NCBI GenBank assembly: GCA_964016885.1
Contig: OZ024740.1
Coordinates: forward strand, 27,590,001-27,654,000
Length of the DNA stretch: 64,000 nucleotides
Direction: 5' to 3'
Source of the DNA: Eledone cirrhosa
Lineage: Eukaryota
Both the position numbers and the translations under genes were made by a program. Within the stretch, counting starts at the first letter, position 1. The number at the start of each line of letters is the position of its first letter. The notes under the pieces were generated by a model that worked only from the letters and a program-made list of their open reading frames with translations, had not been told where the DNA came from and did no database searches. Shown in pieces: positions 1-13,574 of the stretch.

Positions 1-660
1 TTAGTAAGAGCAATACCTTGTGTCTATTGTAATCAATATTAAGGGTGGTAACATATTAGTAAGTGTAATACCTTGTGTCTATTGTAATCAATATTACAGG
101 TGGTAGCATATTAGTAAGAGCAATACATTGTGTCTATTGAAATCAATATCACAGTTGGTAACATATTAGTAAGAGCAATACCTTGTGTCTATTGTAATCA
201 ATATTACAGTTGGTAACATATTAGTAAGAGCAATACCTCGTGTCTATTGTAATAAATATCACAGTTGGTAACATATTAGTAAGAGCGTTACCTTGTGTCT
301 ATTGTAATCAATATCACAGTTGTTAACAAATTAGTAAGAGCTATACCTCGTGTCTATTGTAATCAATATTTCAGTTGGTAACAGATTAGTAAGAACAATA
401 CCTCGTGTCTATTGTAAACAATATTACAGTTGGTAACATATTAGTAAGAGCAATACCTTGTGTCTATTGTAATCAATATTACAGTTGGTAACATATTAGT
501 AAAAGCAATACCTTGTGTCTATTGTAACCAATATCACAGTTGGTAACATATTAGTAAGAGCAATACCTTGTGTCTATTGTAATCAATATTACAGTTGGTA
601 ACATATTAGTAAGAGCAATACCTCGTGTCTATTGTAATCAATATTACAGTTGGTAACATA

Positions 661-1331
661 TTAGTAAGAGCAATACCTCGTGTCTATTGTAATAATCAAT
701 ATTACAAGTGGTAACATATTAGTAAGAGCAATACCTTGTGTATGTTGTAATCAATATTACAGTTGGTAACATATTAGTAAGAGTAATACCGTGTGTCTAT
801 TGTAATCAATATTACAGTTGGTAACATATTAGTAAGAGCAATACCTTGTGTCTATTGTAATAATCAATATTAGAGGTGGTAACATATTAGTAAGAGCAAT
901 ACCTTGTGTCTATTGTAATCAATATTACAGTTGGTAACATATTAGTAAGAGTAATACCGTGTGTCTATTGTAATCAATATTACAGTTGGTAACATATTAG
1001 TAAGAGCAATACCTTGTGTCTATTGTAATAATCAATATTACAAGTGGTAACATATTAGTAAGAGCAATACCTTGTGTCTATTGTAATCAATATTACAGTT
1101 GGTAACATATTAGTAAGAGTAATACTGTGTGTCTATTGTAATCAATATTACAGTTGGTAACATATTTGTAAGAGCAATACTTGTGTCTATTGTAATAATC
1201 AATATTACAAGTGGTAACATATTAGTAAGAGCAATACCTTGTGTCTATTGTAATCAATATTACAGTTGGTAACATATTAGTAAGAGTAATACCGTGTGTC
1301 TATTGTAATCAATATTACAGTTGGTAACATA
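661..1331. repeat. 168-bp trimeric higher-order repeat (58+55+55), about 4 copies
   Basis: AATAATC-insertion monomers start at 661, 829, 997 and 1165. Each is followed by a near-consensus monomer and a GAGTAATAC(C/T)GTG monomer. Confidence 0.9.
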
Positions 1332-4300
1332 TTAGTGAGAGCATTACCTTGTGTCTATTGTAATCAATATTACAGTTGGTAACATATTAGTAAGAGTAAT
1401 ACCTTGTGTCTATTGTAATCAATATTACAGTTGGTAACATATTAGTAAGAGTAATACCTTGTGTCTATTGTAATCAATATCACAGTTGGTAACATATTAG
1501 TAAGAGCAATACCTTGTGTCTATTGTAATCAATATTACAGTTGGTAACATATTAGTAAAAGCAATACCTTGTGTCTATTGTAATCAATATCACAGTTGGT
1601 AACATATTAGTAAGAGCAATACCTTGTGTCTATTGTAATCAATATCACAGTTGGTAACATATTAGTAAGAGCAATACCTTGTGTCTATTGTAATCAATAT
1701 TACGGGTGGTAACATATTAGTAAGAGCAATACCTTGTGTCTATTGTAATCAATATTACAGGTGGTAGCATATTAGTAAGAGCAATACCTTGTGTCTATTG
1801 TAATCAATATTACAGTTGGTAACATATTAGTAAGAGCAATACCTTGTGTCTATTGTAATCAATATCACAGTTGGTAACATATTAGTAAGAGCAATACCTT
1901 GTGTCTATTGTAATCAATATTACAGTTGGTAACATATTAGTAAGAGCAATACCTCGTGTCTATTGTAATCAATATCACAGTTGGTAACATATTAGTAAGA
2001 GCATTAACTTGTGTCTATTGTAATCAATATCACAGTTGGTAACATATTAGTAAGAGCAATACCTCGTGTCTATTGTAATCAATATTACAGTTGGTAACAT
2101 ATTAGTAAGAACAATACCTCGTGTCTATTGTAATCAATATTACAGTTGGTAACATATTAGTAAGAGCAATACCTTGTGTCTATTGTAACCAATATCACAG
2201 TTGGTAACATATTAGTAAGAGCAATACCTTGTGTCTATTGTAATCAATATTACAGTTGGTAACATATTAGTAAGAGCAATACCTCGTGTCTATTGTAATC
2301 AATATTACAGTTGGTAACATATTAGTAAGAGTAATACCTTGTGTCTATTGTAATCAATATTACAGTTGGTAACATATTAGTAAGAGTAATACCTTGTGTC
2401 TATTGTAATCAATATCACAGTTGGTAACATATTAGTAAGAGCAATACCTCGTGTCTTTTGTAATAATCAATATTACAAGTGGTAACATATTAGTAAGAGC
2501 AATACCTCGTGTCTATTGTAATCAATATTACAGTTGGTAACATGTTAGTAAGAGCAATACCTCGTGTCTATTGTAATCAATATTACAGTTGGTAACATAT
2601 TAGTAAGAGCAATACCTTGTGTCTATTGTAATAATCAATATTACAAGTTGTAACATATTAGTAAGAGCAATACATTGTGTCTATTGTAATCAATATTACA
2701 GTTGGTAACATATTAGTAAGAGTAATACCGTGTGTCTATAGTAATCAATATTACAGTTGGTAACATATTTGTAAGAGCAATACCTTGTGTCTATTGTAAT
2801 AATCAATATTACAAGTGGTAACATATTAGTAAGAGCAATACCTTGTGTCTATTGTAATCAATATTACAGTTGGTAACATATTAGTAAGAGCATTACCTTG
2901 TGTCTATTGTAATCAATATTACAGTTGGTAACATATTAGTAAGAGTAATACCTTGTGTCTATTGTAATCAATATCACAGTTGGTAACATATTAGTAAGAG
3001 CAATACCTTGTGTCTATTGTAATCAATATTAAGGGTGGTAACATATTAGTAAGAGTAATACCTTGTGTCTATTGTAATCAATATTATAGGTGGTAGCATA
3101 TTAGTAAAAGCAATACCTTGTGTCTATTGTAATCAATATCACAGTTGGTAACATATTAGTAAGAGCAATACCTTGTGTCTATTGTAATCAATATTACAGG
3201 TGGTAGCATATTAGTAAAAGCAATACCTTGTGTCTATTGTAATCAATATCACAGTTGGTAACATATTAGTAAGAGCAATACCTTGTGTCTATTGTAATCA
3301 ATATTACAGTTGGTAACATATTAGTAAGAGCAATACTCTGTGTCTATTGTAATCAATATTACAGTTGGTAACATATTAGTAAGAGCAATACCTTGTGTCT
3401 ATTGTAATCAATATCACAGTTGGTAACATATTAGTAAGAGCAATACCTTGTGTCTATTGTAATCAATATCACAGTTGGTAACATATTAGTAAGAGCAATA
3501 CCTTGTGTCTATTGTAATCAATATTACAGTTGGTAACATATTAGTAAAAGCAATACCTTGTGTCTAATGTAATCAATAAAACAGTTGGTAACATATTAGT
3601 AAGAGCAATACCTTGTGTCTATTGTAATCAATATTACAGTTTGTAACATATTAGTAAGAGCAATACCTTGTGTCTAATGTAATCAATATTACAGTTGGTA
3701 ACATATTAGTAAGAGCAATACCTTGTGTCTATTGTAATCAATATTACAGTTGGTAACATATTAGTAAGAACAATACCTCGTGTCTATTGTACTCAATATT
3801 ACAGTTGGTAACATATTAGTAAGAGCAATACCTCGTGTCTATTGTACTCAATATTACAGTTGGTAACATATTAGTAAGAACAATACCTCGTGTCTATTGT
3901 AATCAATATTACAGTTGGTAACATATTAGTAATAGCAATACATTGTGTCTATTGTAACCAATATCACAGTTGGTAACATATTAGTATGAGCAATACCTTG
4001 TGTCTATTGTAATCAATATTACAGTTGGTAACATATTAGTAAGAGCAATACCTCGTGTCTATTGTAATCAATATTACAGTTGGTAACATATTAGTAAGAG
4101 CAATACCTCGTGTCTATTGTAATAATCAATATTACAAGTGGTAACATATTAGTAAGAGCAATACCTTGTGTCTATTGTAATCAATATTACAGTTGGTAAC
4201 ATATTAGTAAGAGTAATACCGTGTGTCTATTGTAATCAATATTACAGTTGGTAACATATTAGTAAGAGCAATACCTTGTGTCTATTGTAATAATCAATAT

Positions 4301-4739
4301 TACAAGTGGTAATATATTAGTAAGAGCAATACCTTGTGTCTATTGTAATCAATATTACAGTTGGTAACATATTAGTAAGAGTAATACCTTGTGTCTATTG
4401 TAATCAATATCACAGTTGGTAACATATTAGTAAGAGCAATACCTCGTGTCTTTTGTAATAATCAATATTACAAGTGGTAACATATTAGTAAGAGCAATAC
4501 CTCGTGTCTATTGTAATCAATATTACAGTTGGTAACATGTTAGTAAGAGCAATACCTCGTGTCTATTGTAATCAATATTACAGTTGGTAACATATTAGTA
4601 AGAGCAATACCTTGTGTCTATTGTAATAATCAATATTACAAGTTGTAACATATTAGTAAGAGCAATACCTTGTGTCTATTGTAATCAATATTACAGTTGG
4701 TAACATATTAGTAAGAGTAATACCATGTGTCTATTGTAA

Positions 4740-7700
4740 TCAATATTACAGTTGGTAACATATTTGTAAGAGCAATACCTTGTGTCTATTGTAATAATCA
4801 ATATTACAAGTGGTAACATATTAGTAAGAGCAATACCTTGTGTCTATTGTAATCAATATTACAGTTGGTAACATATTAGTAAGAGTAATACCGTCTGTCT
4901 ATTGTAATCAATATTACAGTTGGTAACATATTAGTAAGAGCATTACCTTGTGTCTATTGTAATCAATATTACAGTTGGTAACATATTAGTAAGAGTAATA
5001 CCTTGTGTCTATTGTAATCAATATTACAGTTGGTAACATATTAGTAAGAGTAATACCTTGTGTCTATTGTAATCAATATCACAGTTGGTAACATATTAGT
5101 AAGAGCAATACCTTGTGTCTATTGTAATCAATATTAAGGGTGGTAACATATTAGTAAGAGTAATACCTTGTGTCTATTGTAATCAATATTACAGGTGGTA
5201 GCATATTAGTAAAAGCAATACCTTGTGTCTATTGTAATCAATATCACAGTTGGTAACATATTAGTAAGAGCAATACCTTGTGTCTATTGTAATCAATATT
5301 ACAGGTGGTAGCATATTAGTAAAAGCAATACCTTGTGACTATTGTAATCAATATCACAGTTGGTAACATATTAGTAAGAGCAAATCCTTGTGTCTATTGT
5401 AATCTATATTACAGGTGGTAGCATATTAGTAAAAGCAATACCTTGTGTCTATTGTAATCAATATTACAGTTGGTAAATTATTAGTAAGAGCAATACCTTG
5501 TGTCTATTGTAATCAATATTACAGTTGGTAACATATTAGTAAGAGCAATACTCTGTGTCTATTGTAATCAATATTACAGTTGGTAACATATTAGTAAGAG
5601 CAATACCTTGTGTCTATTGTAATCAATATCACAGTTGGTAACATATTAGTAAGAGCAATACCTTGTGTCTATTGTAATCAATATCACAGTTGGTAACACA
5701 TTAGTAAGAGCAATACCTTGTGTCTATTGTAATCAATATTACAGTTGGAAACATATTAGTAAAAGCAATACCTTGTGTCTAATGTAATCAATATTACAGT
5801 TGGTAACATATTAGTAAGAGCAATACCTTGTGTCTATTGTAATCAATATTACAGTTTGTAACATATTAGTAAGAGCAATACCTTGTGTCTAATGTAATCA
5901 ATATTACAGTTGGTAACATATTAGTAAGAGCAATACCTTGTGTCTATTGTAATCAATATTACAGTTGGTAACATATTAGTAAGAACAATACCTCGTGTCT
6001 ATTGTACTCAATATTACAGTTGGTAACATATTAGTAAGAACAATACCTCGTGTCTATTGTAATCAATATTACAGTTGGTAACATATTAGTAATAGCAATA
6101 CCTTGTGTCTAGTGTAACCAATATCACAGTTGGTAACATATTAGAAAGAGCAATACCTTGTGTCTATTGTAATCAATATTACAGTTGGTAACATATTAGT
6201 AAGAGCAATACCTCGTGTCTATTGTAATCAATATTACACTTGGTAACATATTAGTAAGAGCAATACCTCGTGTCTATTGTAATAATCAATATTACAAGTG
6301 TTAACATATTAGTAAGAGCAATACCTTGTGTCTATTGTAATCAATATTACAGTTGGTAACATATTAGTAAGAGTAATACCGTGTGTCTATTGTAATCAAT
6401 ATTACAGTTGGTAACATATTAGTAAGAGCAATACCTTGTGTCTATTGTAATAATCAATATTACAAGTGGTAACATATTAGTAAGAGCAATACCTTGTGTC
6501 TATTGTAATCAATATTACAGTTGGTAACATATTAGTAAGAGTAATACCGTGTGTCTATTGTAATCAATATTACAGTTGGTAACATATTAGTAAGAGCAAT
6601 ACCTTGTGTTTATTGTAATAATCAATATTACAAGTGGTAACATATTAGTAAGAGCAATACCTTGTGTCTATTGTAATCAATATTACAGTTGGTAACATAT
6701 TAGTAAGAGTAATACCGTGTGTCTATTGTAATCAATATTACACTTGGTAACATATTAGTAAGAGCAATACCTCGTGTCTATTGTAATAATCAATATTACA
6801 AGTGTTAACATATTAGTAAGAGCAATACCTTGTGTCTATTGTAATCAATATTACAGTTGGTAACATATTAGTAAGAGTAATACCGTGTGTCTATTGTAAT
6901 CAATATTACAGTTGGTAACATATTAGTAAGAGCAATACCTTGTGTCTATTGTAATAATCAATATTACAAGTGGTAACATATTAGTAAGAGCAATACCTTG
7001 TGTCTATTGTAATCAATATTACAGTTGGTAACATATTAGTAAGAGTAATACCGTGTGTCTATTGTAATCAATATTACAGTTGGTAACATATTAGTAAGAG
7101 CAATACCTTGTGTTTATTGTAATAATCAATATTACAAGTGGTAACATATTAGTAAGAGCAATACCTTGTGTCTATTGTAATCAATATCACAGTTGGTAAC
7201 ATATTAGTAAGAGCAATACCTCGTGTCTTTTGTAATAATCAATATTACAAGTGGTAACATATTAGTAAGAGCAATACCTCGTGTCTATTGTAATCAATAT
7301 TACAGTTGGTAACATGTTAGTAAGAGCAATACCTCGTGTCTATTGTAATCAATATTACAGTTGGTAACATATTAGTAAGAGCAATACCTTGTGTCTATTG
7401 TAATAATCAATATTACAAGTGGTAACATATTAGTAAGAGCAATACCTTGTGTCTATTGTAATCAATATTACAGTTGGTAACATATTAGTAAGAGTAATAC
7501 CGTCTGTCTATTGTAATCAATATTACAGTTGGTAACATATTAGTAAGAGCATTACCTTGTGTCTATTGTAATCAATATTACAGTTGGTAACATATTAGTA
7601 AGAGTAATACCTTGTGTCTATTGTAATCAATATTACAGTTGGTAACATATTAGTAAGAGTAATACCTTGTGTCTATTGTAATCAATATCACAGTTGGTAA

Positions 7701-10700
7701 CATATTAGTAAGAGCAATACCTTGTGTCTATTGTAATCAATATTAAGGGTGGTAACATATTAGTAAGAGTAATACCTTGTGTCTATTGTAATCAATATTA
7801 CAGGTGGTAGCATATTAGTAAAAGCAATACCTTGTGTCTATTGTAATCAATATCACAGTTGGTAACATATTAGTAAGAGCAATACCTTGTGTCTATTGTA
7901 ATCAATATTACAGGTGGTAGCATATTAGTAAAAGCAATACCTTGTGACTATTGTAATCAATATCACAGTTGGTAACATATTAGTAAGAGCAAATCCTTGT
8001 GTCTATTGTAATCTATATTACAGGTGGTAGCATATTAGTAAAAGCAATACCTTGTGTCTATTGTAATCAATATTACAGTTGGTAAAATATTAGTAAGAGC
8101 AATACCTTGTGTCTATTGTAATCAATATTACAGTTGGTAACATATTAGTAAGAGCAATACTCTGTGTCTATTGTAATCAATATTACAGTTGGTAACATAT
8201 TAGTAAGAGCAATACCTTGTGTCTATTGTAATCAATATCACAGTTGGTAACATATTAGTAAGAGCAATACCTTGTGTCTATTGTAATCAATATCACAGTT
8301 GGTAACATATTAGTAAGAGCAATACCTTGTGTCTTTTGTAATCAATATTACAGTTGGTAACATATTAGTAAAAGCAATACCTTGTGTCTAATGTAATCAA
8401 TATTACAGTTGGTAACATATTAGTAAGAGCAATACCTTGTGTCTATTGTAATCAATATTACAGTTTGTAACATATTAGTAAGAGCAATACCTTGTGTCTA
8501 ATGTAATCAATATTACAGTTGGTAACATATTAGTAAGAGCAATACCTTGTGTCTATTGTAATCAATATTACAGTTGGTAACATATTAGTAAGAACAATAC
8601 CTCGTGTCTATTGTACTCAATATTACAGTTGGTAACATATTAGTCAGAACAATACCTCGTGTCTATTGTACTCAATATTACAGTTGGTAACATATTAGTA
8701 AGAACAATACCTCGTGTCTATTGTAATCAATATTACAGTTGGTAACATATTAGTAATAGCAATACCTTGTGTCTAGTGTAACCAATATCACAGTTGGTAA
8801 CATATTAGAAAGAGCAATACCTTGTGTCTATTGTAATCAATATTACAGTTGGTAACATATTAGTAAGAGCAATACCTCGTGTCTATTGTAATCAATATTA
8901 CACTTGGTAACATATTAGTAAGAGCAATACCTCGTGTCTATTGTAATAATCAATATTACAAGTGTTAACATATTAGTAAGAGCAATACCTTGTGTCTATT
9001 GTAATCAATATTACAGTTGGTAACATATTAGTAAGAGTAATACCGTGTGTCTATTGTAATCAATATTACAGTTGGTAACATATTAGTAAGAGCAATACCT
9101 TGTGTCTATTGTAATAATCAATATTACAAGTGGTAACATATTAGTAAGAGCAATACCTTGTGTCTATTGTAATCAATATTACAGTTGGTAACATATTAGT
9201 AAGAGTAATACCGTGTGTCTATTGTAATCAATATTACAGTTGGTAACATATTAGTAAGAGCAATACCTTGTGTTTATTGTAATAATCAATATTACAAGTG
9301 GTAACATATTAGTAAGAGCAATACCTTGTGTCTATTGTAATCAATATTACAGTTGGTAACATATTAGTAAGAGTAATACCGTGTGTCTATTGTAATCAAT
9401 ATTACACTTGGTAACATATTAGTAAGAGCAATACCTCGTGTCTATTGTAATAATCAATATTACAAGTGTTAACATATTAGTAAGAGCAATACCTTGTGTC
9501 TATTGTAATCAATATTACAGTTGGTAACATATTAGTAAGAGTAATACCGTGTGTCTATTGTAATCAATATTACAGTTGGTAACATATTAGTAAGAGCAAT
9601 ACCTTGTGTCTATTGTAATAATCAATATTACAAGTGGTAACATATTAGTAAGAGCAATACCTTGTGTCTATTGTAATCAATATTACAGTTGGTAACATAT
9701 TAGTAAGAGTAATACCGTGTGTCTATTGTAATCAATATTACAGTTGGTAACATATTAGTAAGAGCAATACCTTGTGTTTATTGTAATAATCAATATTACA
9801 AGTGGTAACATATTAGTAAGAGCAATACCTTGTGTCTATTGTAATCAATATCACAGTTGGTAACATATTAGTAAGAGCAATACCTCGTGTCTTTTGTAAT
9901 AATCAATATTACAAGTGGTAACATATTAGTAAGAGCAATACCTCGTGTCTATTGTAATCAATATTACAGTTGGTAACATGTTAGTAAGAGCAATACCTCG
10001 TGTCTATTGTAATCAATATTACAGTTGGTAACATATTAGTAAGAGCAATACCTTGTGTCTATTGTAATAATCAATATTACAAGTGGTAACATATTAGTAA
10101 GAGCAATACCTTGTGTCTATTGTAATCAATATTACAGTTGGTAACATATTAGTAAGAGTAATACCGTCTGTCTATTGTAATCAATATTACAGTTGGTAAC
10201 ATATTAGTAAGAGCATTACCTTGTGTCTATTGTAATCAATATTACAGTTGGTAACATATTAGTAAGAGTAATACCTTGTGTCTATTGTAATCAATATTAC
10301 AGTTGGTAACATATTAGTAAGAGCAATACCTTGTGTCTATTGTAATCAATATCACAGTTGGTAACATATTAGTAAGAGCAATACCTTGTGTCTATTGTAA
10401 TCAATATTAAGGGTGGTAACATATTAGTAAGAGTAATACCTTGTGTCTATTGTAATCAATATTACAGGTGGTAGCATATTAGTAAAAGCAATACCTTGTG
10501 TCTATTGTAATCAATATCACAGTTGGTAACATATTAGTAAGAGCAATACCTTGTGTCTATTGTAATCAATATTACAGGTGGTAGCATATTAGTAAAAGCA
10601 ATACCTTGTGACTATTGTAATCAATATCACAGTTGGTAACATATTAGTAAGAGCAAATCCTTGTGTCTATTGTAATCTATATTACAGGTGGTAGCATATT

Positions 10701-12060
10701 AGTAAAAGCAATACCTTGTGTCTATTGTAATCAATATTACAGTTGGTAAAATATTAGTAAGAGCAATACCTTGTGTCTATTGTAATCAATATTACAGTTG
10801 GTAACATATTAGTAAGAGCAATACTCTGTGTCTATTGTAATCAATATTACAGTTGGTAACATATTAGTAAGAGCAATACCTTGTGTCTATTGTAATCAAT
10901 ATCACAGTTGGTAACATATTAGTAAGAGCAATACCTTGTGTCTATTGTAATCAATATCACAGTTGGTAACATATTAGTAAGAGCAATACCTTGTGTCTAT
11001 TGTAATCAATATTACAGTTGGTAACATATTAGTAAAAGCAATACCTTGTGTCTAATGTAATCAATATTACAGTTGGTAACATATTAGTAAGAGCAATACC
11101 TTGTGTCTATTGTAATCAATATTACAGTTTGTAACATATTAGTAAGAGCAATACCTTGTGTCTAATGTAATCAATATTACAGTTGGTAACATATTAGTAA
11201 GAGCAATACCTTGTGTCTATTGTAATCAATATTACAGTTGGTAACATATTAGTAAGAACAATACCTCGTGTCTATTGTACTCAATATTACAGTTGGTAAC
11301 ATATTAGTCAGAACAATACCTCGTGTCTATTGTACTCAATATTACAGTTGGTAACATATTAGTAAGAACAATACCTCGTGTCTATTGTAATCAATATTAC
11401 AGTTGGTAACATATTAGTAATAGCAATACCTTGTGTCTAGTGTAACCAATATCACAGTTGGTAACATATTAGAAAGAGCAATACCTTGTGTCTATTGTAA
11501 TCAATATTACAGTTGGTAACATATTAGTAAGAGCAATACCTCGTGTCTATTGTAATCAATATTACACTTGGTAACATATTAGTAAGAGCAATACCTCGTG
11601 TCTATTGTAATAATCAATATTACAAGTGTTAACATATTAGTAAGAGCAATACCTTGTGTCTATTGTAATCAATATTACAGTTGGTAACATATTAGTAAGA
11701 GTAATACCGTGTGTCTATTGTAATCAATATTACAGTTGGTAACATATTAGTAAGAGCAATACCTTGTGTCTATTGTAATAATCAATATTACAAGTGGTAA
11801 CATATTAGTAAGAGCAATACCTTGTGTCTATTGTAATCAATATTACAGTTGGTAACATATTAGTAAGAGTAATACCGTGTGTCTATTGTAATCAATATTA
11901 CAGTTGGTAACATATTAGTAAGAGCAATACCTTGTGTTTATTGTAATAATCAATATTACAAGTGGTAACATATTAGTAAGAGCAATACCTTGTGTCTATT
12001 GTAATCAATATTACAGTTGGTAACATATTAGTAAGAGTAATACCGTGTGTCTATTGTAAT
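4740..12060. repeat. ~2.6-kb higher-order repeat (47/48 monomers), about 2.7 tandem copies
   Basis: Marker GTGACTATT (variant A at 5338, 7947, 10611) and marker CGTCTGTC (4892, 7501, 10165) both give offsets of 2609 (47x55+24) and 2664 (48x55+24). Confidence 0.9.
6251..7148. repeat. Run of 168-bp trimers organised as a 504-bp 9-mer
   Basis: 58-bp monomers start at 6251, 6419, 6587, 6755, 6923 and 7091. The AAGTGTTAAC marker at 6301 and 6805 gives an offset of 504. Confidence 0.88.
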
Positions 12061-13574
12061 CAATATTACAGTTGGTAACATATTATTAAGAGCATTACCT
12101 TGTGTCTATTGTAATCAATATTACAGTTGGTAACATATTAGTAAGAGTAATACCTTGTGTCTATTGTAATCAATATTACAGTTGGTAACATATTAGTAAG
12201 AGTAATACCTTGTGTCTATTGTAATCAATATCACAGTTGGTAACATATTAGTAAGAGCAATACCTTGTGTCTATTGTAATCAATATTACAGTTGGTAACA
12301 TATTAGTAACAGCAATACCTTGTATCTATTGTAATCAATATCACAGTTGGTAACATATTAGTAAGAGCAATACCTTGTGTCTATTGTAATCAATATCACA
12401 GTTGGTAACATATTAGTAAGAGCAATACCTTGTGTCTATTGTAATCAATATTAAGGGTGGTAACATATTAGTAAGAGTAATACCTTGTGTCTATTGTAAT
12501 CAATATTACAGGTGGTAGCATATTAGTAAGAGCAATACCTTGTGTCTATTGTAATCAATATTACAGTTGGTAACATATTAGTAAGAGCAATACCTTGTGT
12601 CTGTTGTAATCAATATCACAGTTGGTAACATATTAGTAAGAGCAATACCTTGTGTCTATTGTAATCAATATTACAGTTGGTAACATATTAGTAAGAGCAA
12701 TACCTCGTGTCTATTGTAATCAATATCACAGTTGGTAACATATTAGTAAGAGCATTACCTTGTGTCTATTGTAATCAATATCACAGTTGGTAACATATTA
12801 GTAAGAGCAGTACCTCGTGTCTATTGTAATCAATATTACAGTTGGTAACATATTAGTAAGAACAATACCTCGTGTCTATTGTAATCAATATTACAGTTGG
12901 TAACATATTAGTAAGAGCAATACCTTGTGTCTATTGTAACCAATATCACAGTTGGTAACATATTAGTAAGAGCAATACATTGTGTCTATTGTAATCAATA
13001 TTACAGTTGGTAACATATTAGTAAGAGCAATACCTCGTGTCTATTGTAATCAATATTACAGTTGGTAACATATTAGTAAGAGCAATACCTTGTGTCTATT
13101 GTAATAATCAATATTACAAGTGGTAACATATTAGTAAGAGCAATACCTTGTGTCTATTGTAATCAGTATTACAGTTGGTAACATATTAGTAAGAGTAGTA
13201 CCGTGTGTCTATTGTAATCAATATTACAGTTGGTAACATATTAGTAAGAGCAATACCTTGTGTCTATTGTAATAATCAATATTACAAGTGCTAACATATT
13301 AGTAAGAGCAATACCTTGTGTCTATTGTAATCAATATCACAGTTGGTAACATATTAGTAAGAGCAATACCTTGTGTCTATTGTAATCAATATTACAGGTG
13401 GTAGCATATTAGTAAAAGCAATACCTTGTGTCTATTGTAATCAATATCACAGTTGGTAACATATTAGTAAGAGCAATACCTTGTGTCTGTTGTAATCAAT
13501 ATTACAGTTGGTAACATATTAGTAAGAGCAATACCTTGTGTCTATTGTAATCAATATTACAGTTGGTAACTTAT

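Noticed and set aside
441-495. Promoter elements (CAAT or TATA-like), iterons, terminator or tRNA-derived unit
   Set aside because: Such short AT-rich motifs are expected by chance. There is no downstream gene, rep gene, GC stem with U-tract, or cloverleaf.
1165-1221. Single-base deletion monomers (here and at ~56312-56365)
   Set aside because: These are isolated and not propagated, so they are indistinguishable from sequencing error or one-off slippage.
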